From positions 20,618,150 through 20,682,149 of the forward strand of contig NC_134026.1 in the NCBI RefSeq assembly GCF_964204645.1: a stretch of DNA of 64,000 bases. The letters run 5' to 3'. This document shows, in pieces, positions 38,596-50,788 of the stretch. The position numbers and the translations under genes are program-made. Source of the stretch: Tubulanus polymorphus. Its lineage: Eukaryota; Animalia; Nemertea. The notes below the pieces were generated by a model. The model made no database searches, was not told where the DNA came from, and worked only from the letters and a program-made list of their open reading frames with translations. The first letter of the stretch is position 1, and each line of letters starts with the position of its first letter.

Positions 38596-38745
38596 AATGT
38601 TACTGGAGCTAATAGTTTATACAACGTTTCGACTGTATTCTAATAGTCATCTTATGATTACTGCTGTATATCCTACTACAGTATCCCTGAAGATGACTAT
38701 TAGAATATAGTCAGAACATTGAATAAACTACTGGCTACAGTCAAA
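38596..38745. mobile_element. Inverted pair of hammerhead-like motifs
   Basis: + arm CTGAAGA-T-GACTAT/ATAGTC-AGAACATT (38687-38720); - arm AGA-T-GACTATTAGAATACAGTC-GAAACGTT. Confidence 0.7.
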
Positions 38746-41378
38746 TTTTTGGACTGTTTTTCATAATTATTGTGGATTATCTCTACATTATCGTCGTAAC
38801 ATATAGTGTTTCGTTACCTCTACATATTCAAACAATGTCTGAGCCATGTGTAGGCTATGAAAATTTTTGTCAATTGTGTCCATTATTTCTGAGTGAAGAA
38901 TATATTTTGCATTACTTTCAACATATACAGGGCCCGAGCTGATTTGAAATTTGAAATTAGGAGGTTACTAGTCATTAGATCTCGAAGTAAAGGGAATTCA
39001 GCTCCCAAACGACTGTGTAAAAAAACCCAATTGATTTTCGTAATACGTCGACGTTCCATTCGGATATATTAAAAAGCCTATTTACTAGTGTACACACTCT
39101 GATGTGCTATACGGTTTATTCGCGTATAAATTAGATTTTTAGAACACTAATGATCGTGTAAATACTTCGTAGAGCGTGATTGATGGGTTCGTCTTATAAT
39201 ATCCTAGAATCTATAACGTTAAAAGGTGATTTTGTTCTTTTCGCTTCGCTCAGCATCCCTTCCAGCATCTTGTTAGTCGGATGCGTCTTGTTCTCAGCTG
39301 TATGCTTCCCAGGGAACGAGTGTTTACCGGGGGTTAAGTGATATATTAAAGCTTACTTGACTGAATTGAGCATTTTCAAAAGTATTTCCGCTAAGCAGTC
39401 TCGTGTGGTTTCGGAGTTATGGAAATGTGAACACGTGTTGTGTATACGGCGTTGTGTCGTGTACGAAAAACGGGATGTTTAATTTTTTCGATAAATTCCA
39501 AAGGAAGTGGGTGGTCGAAACGAACAGGTTCAAAACACCTGACTGGTTCTTTAATCATTCCGAAATACGTTTTTCTTCATTTTGGATTGATCATAGTAAC
39601 ACGCCAGAACTAACCCGGGAATTGCATCCCATTCAAAACCGATATAGTACAAACGGGACATTACTGCACTGCCATAATCATTTGGTTGATTCAGAACGGA
39701 CCGATCGTACTCACGAAATGAATGAAAGCCATTACAAAAACAATATCGTGTCTGTTTGAAATCTTGAATAAAACATACTTAATTGCTCCTTGAAAATTAG
39801 ATTCATGAGCCCTTTCATGTTCCAATTCAAATTTCACAGGCAAATTCATCTCTAAATTCAATTCAATTATATTTAGCAAGGCAATCATGCTCGATAACGC
39901 TAGCTACGTTGTCCCAAACCTGGAGCTCTTGTTAATTTTTGTCACTTTATTGAACTTTCCCGATTTTCTTGACGAACACTCACAAGGTCCATGGACGTCT
40001 TGTTCGTATGGCAAGCCATAAAGAAACGTTGGTTCGATTTTTCAAAACGCGCGAAAATTGAGACTCGTTGAGATTTTATACCGTATCCACGCACTGCCGT
40101 ATTCACATGTCTAAGTGTCAGTCTAGATGTTGACACGTCGAGACATCGAGACATCAATTAACGATTTTACGTCGAACGTGAATTTCAATTTCACGTTCAA
40201 GGGTCGAGTAGTGGCTCGTTTCTCACGTTCTCGCTATACTATACACATACTTACGGGGTCGATCACAGCGAACGCGGCACTTTCGTTAATGTTTCTCACA
40301 TCCGGGTACCGTGCCAGCTCCCGGATACGGAACCGGAAACGCGTCGCGAACGCCATATTAAGTCCGGTACCTTTTATTGATTGATTTCGTGACTCTTATT
40401 TCGAGAAATTGTGGAAGTCGAGAACCCCGTTGATAATGATTTGAAACTCTACCGGCAAACAAACCCCCCTCGCTCGTAATGGATGGATTGTTTTTTATGC
40501 ATCGCTGTCAATTAGACACATTTCCATACATACATATACATGCGAGCTTTCAAACGTTAAATACACCGGCGTTGTAACGAAGCTCTGCCATCGCTACATC
40601 GACGCAGGTGGCGGCGTGTCTACGGAAAATGGCATCGCGTTTGGAAAATGAGCATCGCATCGGAACGCATAATATTCAAAATCTTAACTAAGCGTCCCGA
40701 CCGGTTTTAGTGGTGTTGTTGCAAAATAGACAGTATAGTTCTGATCTCGATATAAAAAGTCTCTGCTCGTACTGCAAACAACCCTTCGGCGCTCACTTGA
40801 GACGTTGAGTCGTTTTCCCACTCGTGAAAATACTTTCACCATTTGCGAGCCATTATGCGCAGTTTCGAGGGTGTTTGCCATGGAGCAATCGTATTGATTT
40901 GAACGGTAATCAATGATTTATCTCGTCTTCCAGTTGGACGTCAGGTGCGCGGTCGCTAAAATACATACGACGGAGATGCAGTTTCTCATTAGCGACGAAA
41001 TGATGATAGTTTTTTTCCGCTGTGCCAGATAAACGAACGCAGCAGGTCTTATCGTAGATACACGTTGCGAAATAAACGAGCTGCTTTTTCCGATTGAACC
41101 CTCAACCTTATTCAACCGTGTTTTGCGAAAACAGACGTTTCGCTAAAAAGTCTTTAGATGACATTTTGCCCTTAAATCATGGAATGTTTTCTAGATTTTT
41201 ACGTACTTCTACTTAATCTAGTTTAGAAGTAACGCACTGAAAACCCGACTTTCACTTTACTTAATCTTGTTTAACAGTAACGCGCTGAGAGGATTCTACT
41301 TTGACGAAAGACCAGGCTTTTTGACAATGTCGGAAAAGCAAACCGTAAGAATTCCCAAAATAATTCCAGCAAAAGAGG

Positions 41379-41511
41379 TCTTGAGTACAAGAGTATGTAT
41401 TTCGAGCAACGTTTCGACTATAATCTGATTGCCATCCACACACATTACGCCTGACGGGCTCTTAGTTTATAGCCGAAACATTGCTCGAAACATATATTCT
41501 TTTACTCGAGA
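41379..41511. mobile_element. Inverted pair of hammerhead-like motifs (same family as 33580 and 43824)
   Basis: Arms TTTCGAGCAACGTTTCGACTATA / TATAGCCGAAACATTGCTCGAAA; CGC-CTGA at 41448-41454. Confidence 0.65.
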
Positions 41512-43355
41512 ACTCTACATATTTTACTGAAATCATTTCGGCATTTCTTTCGTATTAATCTTACGCGGATATCCGTGTATCTGCTCGAACTAAAAGCAAA
41601 CCATTAAACGGGTAAACACTTCGAATTGTGTGTGTGTGTGTTTCCAACAATGCAGTCGTAATATAATCCCGACTGTTCAGTCGATTTTTAAGTAAATCTG
41701 CAAAATGGTTTCATACGTATGTTTAAGTTCTCGCAGGAACATCAGTGTCGAATCATCCAATATACAAGCCAAGTACCACCGCTTTTTCTGCGGTTGAGAT
41801 TGTTATTATCTCGAAGTCGTAGCTCATTCACCTCGGAGATTCATAAACCACTTGTGCCACTTTATCCGCGATGACCGAAGAGAATTTTATCATTATTGTT
41901 CGCACGGTTCTACACCGTATACGAATGATCTGTTTTCCGAATGCGGCAACGACGTACCGTTTATATCCACGGACGGTACAACCCCGTGTGGATTCGATGC
42001 CTTATACTGAGTGTTCCTTTCCGCGCACAGAACAAAAACTCGATTAAAACAGAATACGAAATTCGTACGAGCAAACCATCTGCGGAGAGTAATGAAAAAA
42101 ACCTGAATTCGTTACAAATGCATTGGCAAACTAGAAAAGAAGTCCGATGTTAATGAGCGATGTATTCATTATTCATGGAAGTGGATTGCTTAACGCAAAA
42201 ATACTGCTTTTGTTAGTAATACGTTTTTAATACGAAAACCATTAGGGGGTAACTGAACTGAACCACTAGATGGCGCAACTAACAGTAGGTTTTAAGTCGA
42301 GTTCAGTTAGTGTTTAATTAGCTTAGGCCATTCCCGAATCCAAACAGTTTCTCCAGTCACTCTATTTCATGGAGCTTCATGGAGCATACGTTATTGATTA
42401 GATTAAAGTTCAATTTTGATTAAATGCAAATGTATTAAAAAATCGAAGAATGGATAACCGAGTCTAAAGTCCTGGCGATGCCTCGTTTCCTGGTGGTATT
42501 AAATGTTTGCGAACGGTTCTTGTAAGGACATACGTAGGACCTTTGTCTTCGAACATTTTCATCGTGTGGCAGCCGGAACTCGCACTGAGAAGCCAATAAG
42601 ACATTGACGGCGATGATAGATACATATTTAGACTAAACATGGAAATTGGTTATGCATCGGTTATGGCTATTAGGTTGTTCCGTTTAGATTATTGCTTTGT
42701 CCGGATTCAGCGCGTTCATTACACGACCAGGCGTAATATAACGACGCACGGACCAATTCGCCGACGACAAACTAATAACGACTGTGTAGTTTTTAATCTG
42801 ATTACCGACGACGGTTGCAAATGGTAATGCTCATCTCTTCATTCAATCAGTTTGGTCGGTATATGTTGTTCGTATTAGTTCTACGAGTAAATCTTCGGAA
42901 TTAATGTCAGAGAATATCTTAACTGTCGGCAAGTAACACCGCCACCATCAGTGTTCCCACACCGCTACTTCTCCCATATAGAGCTTATTATAATATTGAT
43001 GTAGCTCTCTCTCTCTCTCGGCAAAAGTGGCGTGGACAACAACGGAATCTGAAGCCTGGTTACTAAAATATGCATTCAAAAACCACGAGTGATATAGATT
43101 ATCGTCCCGCGGGAGAGCGCATTACGACTGACACAAACCATGCCGGCGAAACTATTCAACTATTGTTGAAACGTTCTATATTAGTAAAAACAACAGATGT
43201 ACGAAAGAACAGTTGCCCATCAGCATTTTTGCGACAGAAAATGAAGTTATTCGCCGACAGTAGCGTAGCCCCAGTCGGTGGCGCCCTCCGGCCATGAGCC
43301 GGCCAGCCAATCAGGCCAAAGTAAACACGTGTTTTTCAGTTCCGGTACTCAGGCG

Positions 43356-43728
43356 CACAGGGGCCGACTCTTATCACGTCCGGATTGATATCCGGATGAT
43401 CCGGTGATTTCGGTGAAAAAGAGTACAATCGGAGAACGACTGTGCTATCACTTAATAGACTGGTTGCTGAGCCTAAACTGGTTGCCTGTTAATGGTATGC
43501 TGAACGTGAATCTTCTTAACCGCATGGCTCCACTCCGCAACTAAACCACCTCGCCAGAATGGAGAGTCCGGAGATATCCGGATGATCACGTGATCGATAA
43601 AAGAGGGAAATTGGAGACATCCGGACGCGTCCAGATGGACAATAGAGTCGGCCCCATGGGGTTTGGCGATGGGCTTCAGGATTTTATTACCCGGAAATAA
43701 AATCCAAGCCCATCGCCAAACCCCTGTG
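43356..43728. mobile_element. Compound MITE: two inverted-repeat modules inside one 8-bp TSD (P/hAT-type)
   Basis: Perfect TSD CTCAGGCG (43348-43355, 43729-43736); outer ends CACAGGGG/CCCCTGTG; module 1 GGGGCCGACTCT..AGAGTCGGCCCC; module 2 GGGGTTTGGCGATGGGCTT..AAGCCCATCGCCAAACCCC. Confidence 0.85.
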
Positions 43729-43823
43729 CTCAGGCGTCATTATTTTCAACAAAAAAAAACGTCAAGCAGCGGGGCGATTGCCCTCTTTCATCTAACAATT
43801 TGTTCTTACTTTTTTCTGTTGCA

Positions 43824-43914
43824 AAAATGGTATACATTTCGAGCAACGTTCCGGCTAAATACTATTAGCCACCATCTTTAGAGCCGAAACGTTGCTCGAA
43901 ATGTATGCCATTTT
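43824..43914. mobile_element. Inverted pair of hammerhead-like motifs, centre deleted
   Basis: AAAATGGTATACATTTCGAGCAACGTTCCGGCT / AGCCGAAACGTTGCTCGAAATGTATGCCATTTT; helix II GGCTAA/TTAGCC. Confidence 0.65.
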
Positions 43915-45294
43915 ACTATAGAACTTTTCATTTTGGCTCAATCTATTGTGGGATTTTTCTCGTGATACCTAATGAATAGTTTACGTTTTCAATGGAAGGC
44001 TTATATGTTGTTTTGTTTTTAATCCCCATACCTAGTTGTTTTGAATCGTCCCTAAGCCCCGCGAGAATTCACGCTTATGTAAACGCACTTTCATTCGATG
44101 TCCTCGATATGATCCGCCAAACGACAGTCGGGTTAGTAGCGCTGTATAAATTCGCGACGTCCTTTATGTTAGTACGACGTTTTTTTGAAGTGCGCGGCAC
44201 GCACGACTTGAAGTGTCTTAACCAGTAATTTCTACACGACATGTGAAGAATTCATTTGCGCGGTAGTATAGCCTATTTTCGGGCGGTGAACACACGGAGT
44301 ATGTGCGGAAGACGAGAGGAAGAAACGAGAGACGAATTGATTTCAGATTCACCCGCAATTAATGAGCAATACGCCGACCGGCTTTGTCATGTAAAGATGT
44401 CAGTAGAAGTGGCATTAGTTGGCACTTTATGGAATAAGTGACACGTAGTGAAGTGGAGGGTCTTATTACGGCCAATGGGTTTCCGGTATGCGGCTCCGTG
44501 TCGTTATAGCGCTGTCTCAGTACCGAGTCACTCATTCTGCGCCATTCGTAACTAAAACGTTTTATTCTGCGCAGCGTAAATCTCTTTAAAGCCGCCGATC
44601 TTGGAGAATGCGACCAGGATCGTCATGATTTGTCTGGAGAGTTTGATTTTGCCGAATATCATTTGTGCGGGGTTTTTGTTGTGGTTTGTTTTTGCGAACA
44701 AACACTATGTATACAAAATTCCGAAAAGCTGAAGTTTAGCCTGTAGTTTGATCTTATCTTGACGTTCGCGCCGGGCGCTTTCGTAATCATTTTATTCGTC
44801 CTGTTTACTCATACTAAAAAGGAAAACGGGAGCGGCAATGGGCGTTAGGATCGACTTAGTCTCTAGTTGGCTCTACCCAGCACATCCCCAAAATTGGTGT
44901 TACGTCATTCGCAACGCTCCACCCACGAACGATGGTATTGGGAAATTCTGTAATGTTCCAATTTTCCTATCGATGTCCGAAAAAAGTTAAATCCAGTTGA
45001 TGAATCAACTTGAAAGAACCTTACAGTACAATTTGTCTCAGAATACGTTTCACCACTTCTTTTCTGGAGGAGGACCCTTAGAGCCGACCCCCAGTCACAA
45101 GGACACTTTATAATAAGGTCCCAATTTTGTTGTCTCAATATTGTTCTCCCAGTTTTGAATCTCGACCAATAATCGCGTGTAGTGATTCATATATTTCCAT
45201 TCTAACTAAGCAAATGATCATGTTCCAGATGAACAGAAAACCTTCCAAAACGTGATTGAGATTTGATGACATTTTCATATCTTTATTTTTCCAG

Positions 45295-45333
45295 GTGTGG
45301 GAGATGACCGCTTCTACTCAGGAGATGCTTCTG
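45295..45333 (+). CDS. Isolated 39-nt frame-preserving micro-exon of an unidentified large gene
   Basis: Strong acceptor TCTTTATTTTTCCAG and donor CTG|GTAAGG; open in phase 0 (VWEMTASTQEMLL) and phase 1 (GVGDDRFYSGDAS). Confidence 0.55.
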
Positions 45334-45769
45334 GTAAGGTTTTTTTTTCAACGCTTGTATACGTTTATTTAGTTCACAGCCGATCGTTCTTGAGATGAAT
45401 ATAGTGAAAATTCCTTTTACAGAATAAATATTTAGTAGCGTAAATGGCACAGCATACCTTTACTGTTTGTATAGGTTTAGGTTACGAATAAAATACTGCT
45501 TCGGTTGAAGTATAATAGGGAACTCCGTCCGCAATGCATCGTATATCGTTGAATGTAAATAGAATAGCATATTCAAAAACATTGTCTTCAATACGTTTCA
45601 CAAAAATACAGTTCAACGCGTTCGTTATTGTCAGGGGCAGTGGGAAATAACAACAAAAAACTAACCAGAATCAGCGCCTTGATAAACAACACATATGTTG
45701 CTTAATGTTTTCGACTATAAATGATATGATATAAACTATGTAATATCAAAGATCAGTAAGGTTACTTTG

Positions 45770-45990
45770 GATTTAAATATATAGATAATTGACCGGCAAC
45801 CAGTCCGGCATTTTGATGACGTAGTGTACATCCTCTCAAAAACAATTATCGAAATTTATCAAAATGAAATAAGAGTTATGAAATGTATCTAATTACAAAA
45901 TAAGCGCCAAAATTCACAATTGTAATTGTTATTTTGAAACGCCAATATTGATGATGTACGTAGTGCACATCGACTCACACCGAACCCCTA
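45770..45990 (-). repeat. Family B repeat, reverse orientation
   Basis: TGACCGGCAACCAGTC..TGATGACGTAGTGTACATCCTCTCAAAAA..AATTGTTATTTTGAAACGCCA..GAACCCCT. Confidence 0.85.
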
Positions 45991-48900
45991 TAATGCAAAA
46001 ATACAAAAAGAGGATGTATTTGTTTGTGTATAAACATTATTGTAACGTTTTTTTCTGCGTCAAATAAGTTGTAGGGGGGGGGGTAATGTTCTCGTTTCTC
46101 TCTCGGGCAGTGACCGAATGGATGTACGAAAAAGGAGCCTTTTAGCTGTGTTTGATGTCATCGTCATTAATAGAAGCTTTGATCAATTGAATAATGTTGT
46201 CTCTGTCTACCCGGCCGCTGCATCGATAACGCTAAGTCAAATCCTTCGTTTACTTTATTTGATTGCCTTGACGTCCGTCCTTCGAAATCACATTCGACGC
46301 GAAAGGGCGCGCGCTGTTGCAGGTGAGAGCGCAAAATGTGCCTCGATTTCACGCTGTACTCATGATAGCAATCTCCAAAATCCCATGTGGCCGTGCCAGT
46401 GCCCATGATTTCCACTAGTCGCGAGTTACAAGAATGATCATTCCAATATCAAACATACTTGCGAGAGATTAAACGTCACGAACGCGCCATTCCTTAATCT
46501 ATATGATTGCAATTTTCGATTACTCCATCTGACAAGGGCTTGCCGTGCCACTGCTGGACACATCGGGATTGGATCGGGATTGGTTCGACGTTTCGTTGAG
46601 AACACATTTATTCGTCAATAGGGATGTTTCCAGTTACCTCGCGCCATTTTGAGGTGGTCGCGCGGGACCCGTATATGTTGATGGTCAGATTTTGACAATT
46701 TTTACGCAAACATCTTTAGCGCTAATTATTGTCGTCCATCCCCCTTTTGCCACAAAAATGTAAGTTATGTTTCGTTAGAAAGGTTTCCATTTCTATTTTC
46801 TGATGGTGCCTTATTTTCTTCTCGGCTTCAACAATCGGACACAGTTATTGTCTGAAAAAAATGTCTGCAAAGATACGTGTCCATTACACACGTATACGTA
46901 GCTGAAGTTATATCGAGACGGCAACATTTCGGATGCAAAATAGCATTCACAATCGATTCAATAACCGATTGGTCCCTGAACTTTGCTCCCATTCATATGT
47001 GAGCTTTAGCAGATTGTGTTTGCCATTCCCGGTATACGCTCAGATGGTACTTACTTTCGTTTAGCAGCGGTTAATCTACATAAAAAAAGGTTTATCTGTT
47101 TGATCTACAAATGTATGTCCTAATGGAGAAATGCTCCTTCATAAACGTTTTGATGGCCTTTCGCCGTTGATCCAGCACTATATGCCAAGCTATTCCACCA
47201 TAAGAATTGATCGTTTGCCAATTTCTCATAACGTTTACACATCAATGCTCCGTTTAAGTCTAAATGTGACAATCGGCTATGTTTGAACAAAGAAAAAAAC
47301 TACCTTCCATTTCGCTGTCGACGGTTTTTTCATACGCGATTTAATCTGTACAGCACGAATCGATCGATATTCCGTGAAATGAACTCTGAATTTATGATCA
47401 AACGATTTCTTTAATGGCATCGCTATAGAAACCATAATAAAATCAACTATAAAGGCGCGATATGAAAGGATGTTCTGTATCTTTACCGGAATACACCAAG
47501 AAACAAAACACGATACATTTGGAAGCCGGCGTTACGACGAGTACATGCGCCATTGCACACGGACGATATACATATAGCCGGGGGCCTTATATTTGAGACC
47601 GTCACGTCGACTTCTTATCTCATCCCCCGGGCATACCAGGTTCAACCGCATTCAATTTGCAACGAACGATGCCGCCATTGGAGACCGGTAAATGTCGAAA
47701 CGATAGCGAATAATGAACACCATGAAAAGGGATAGATGTCATCAAAAGAACGTTTAAGAATACCACATATACAGTACATTATATGTCATTTATTTTGTAC
47801 ATGGCTTGGACAGCGGATACTGTTTCCGGCTTCCGGAACTGACTGGCATACGACATATTGCTATAGAAGGTCAAAGTTTGAAAGGAAGATGATTCTTAGA
47901 AGCCCATTTTAAGACATTATTTTGCAAAGTAGTCGAATAATTTTGAGAATAACATGACGTATTTGGCTCAAGATCGCCATTCAACTATTGACACACACAC
48001 TTTAGTGTATGAAATTATATCTCCATTTTTTTCATTCACTGAACGCTACCCAAGGACACTAATATTAAGTTTCTTTGTCCCTATTTATAGGGGAGGCCAA
48101 AGAAGAAACTCTATCGCCACCAGAACGCACGAGCTCGCGTTGCGACATTACGAAGAAGAAAATCATATCCTGTTTTCATTTTGCCAGCATTTTCAACTCT
48201 TCGCTGATACCCTGAGAACATCGTAACCAGCTGAATAGTGTAAAGATTTATTCCAGTGGTCAATTTATCAGTCAGAAACAAGGTACATCAAATGCCAATA
48301 GCCTTTATAGCACTGAGCGCAAAATCGCTGTCAGTAAGAGGCGACATTCAGCGCTTGATCGAATTATATCATTGTACGCGTGATCAACCTCGGTAATCAG
48401 CTAGAAAATGTCGAGTATCATTAGTGACCAGGTCAGACGACGACTTCGCCGCGCAATACGCCATCGATCATAAACACGAGTCTCCAACCATTACATTAAT
48501 AAGTGGTGTCTTATCTCTCCCATTGACACCGAGCACACAGCGACAATCAGGCTCTCAAACAGCGCACTTACGTATACACCGTTTTGTTCATGTGTCCGAG
48601 GATTGCAGCTTACCGCGATCTTGGAGTAATCATTTGTCAAATGATTACTCCAAGCCGCGATGGACCTGTTATTGAACTATATACACTGATGGTTAAAACA
48701 CTCTACTGTATTTGTTTCTTTTTTTTCTTCGATCTTAAAATAGGGATTGACTCGATTGATACATTGTGTTTGATTTGTTTTGATTTTGGTGTCCCCTACC
48801 GCCAAACCTGCCGAAATCGAAACAGGGGGTTTGTTTTGAAATTGGAAATCGAATTACAGATATAGTTGTGTGATCGGCGGTCAAATGTTCATGCCGAGTT

Positions 48901-50274
48901 TTTTTTTAATCGAAGTACATAATTGGAAATTTCAATTCCAGCTCATTAAAACAATCTTCCAACTATTCTGAACCGGCAAGCGACTAATTGGGTTTTGTGT
49001 CAGCTGCCTAATTTGTTTGATACATCGAGATTTTGGAAATAAATTTACTACGAGTTTGGAAATCATTTCGTCCATTTTAGTTTTAAAGTGAACACATTTT
49101 ACCGCCATAAAATACTGTATTCGCCGTGGACCAAGTTTTGGATTTATTCAACTCTGGGGTCTGATAAACCTGGCCTCAAATCGATCTACTGTGGAATTGA
49201 GTCGATGATTTTGAAACACATTGTCATAAACATATATTAAACATTGGATTTTGTTACATTGAATAGTGAATCTTTAAATCAACGTAATCAATTAAAAAAT
49301 CAAGCATCGATATGAAGTTTTCCATTTTTAAGTCAAATCGTAAAGAAGGCGTTTAACCTCGCTATCTACATTCGTTTGATACAAAGAAAGCGATAGAGTT
49401 GAATCAACAGTGATTGTCGAACTGACAGCCACGGAATTTAACACATGCCATATTTCAATTAAATCGAAATCAGATTACTCAGTAGTAGGTACCGACGGTT
49501 TCAACGCACGCTCCATACCAAAGGCCGCCAAATCTGCAGCTGTGACACCGAACCTGCCGCTACTACTAACTCAAGATTGATCAAATGAATCTTCAACCGG
49601 TTCGTATAGCTGAAGATCTGGCGTCGCGATTTGCGTGCCAATGGATTTGGTTTACGCGTCTTCTCACAGATGGCTCTCGTGGTCAGCTATCGTTCGTTGC
49701 GATAAACGGATAGGCGGAGTGCTCATCCTCGATCTGCCAGACTTTCATCTCGTACTCTTATTCTTTAACGACAAGTTTAATTCTTTCTTTCGTACAGTAA
49801 ATGGAGTTATGATTTTTTTTTCTTTTAATTTCGTGACAACAAAGGCCAGAAACGAAACGTAAACTTGCAGCTGTGCAAAGGTTTTACGAACAGCGACGCC
49901 GGAGTACGGAAGTCACATTAAGTGGAATGCTATGTTTCTGTCAACGTTCATTTTCGAATCCGGCAGAAAATTGCGAACGGCATCGCGTAATTAACGACAA
50001 TCCGACGGGAACGTGTGTAGGCTAATTTTCGATTCTAGACGGTATCTAAGAAAAGAAATGAACGGAATAATTTTTTTTAACTATACCTAGGCCTTTACGT
50101 ACACACGTACCTACATCCTTAAAAGGTGAAATATTCGCACACTAGCCGTATCGTCTTGGTGTAATTCTTCGGTAGTTTTGCAGACTCTACCGATGGTAAA
50201 AAATTTCAATCAGATAACCGTGCAACGTTAATTGATTGATTCGCAGTTCATTCACCTCTCACCTAAAATAGGGC

Positions 50275-50788
50275 TGAGGCAGCGACCTATGACGACGTCC
50301 CCGGGACTTGAATCTATTTTTCATTTTTCCAGCCATATCTAATGCGCATTTAGAAAGATGCAGAAAATTCCACCATATCTATCTGCATGTTTAGAAAGCC
50401 GCATAAAAGTCTGCATATCTATCCGCATTTTGAGAAAGCCGCAGAAAAAACCGCCATTTTCTTGTGCATGCTTAGGAACGCGCAGAGAAGTCCGCCATAA
50501 TTATTTATCTGCACGTTTGAAAATATACAGAATCGCGCAAATGAAGATGACGAACTTTTCTACGGCCTTCTGAACACGCGGGTAAATATGGCGGACTTCT
50601 AATCGATTTTCTTAACACGCAGATAAATACAACGGGTAAATATGGCGGACTTTTCTGCATCGTACTGAACGCGCAGTACAATCGGCGGACTTTTCTGTGG
50701 CTTTCTAAGTGCGCAGACAAAAATTGCTGGGGAAAAATTTGAAAGAAAGGTGAATCTCCCTGGGACCCCGTCATAATTCGCTGTCTCA
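50275..50788. mobile_element. Foldback element with inverted arrays of about 40-bp repeats
   Basis: TIR TGAGGCAGCGACCTATGACG..GTCCCCGGG / CCCTGGGACCCCGTCATAATTCGCTGTCTCA; left arm has about 5 units resembling ATATCTATCTGCA..TTAGAAAGCCGCAGAAAAGTCCGCC; right arm has inverted units GGCGGACTTTTCTG. Confidence 0.8.
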
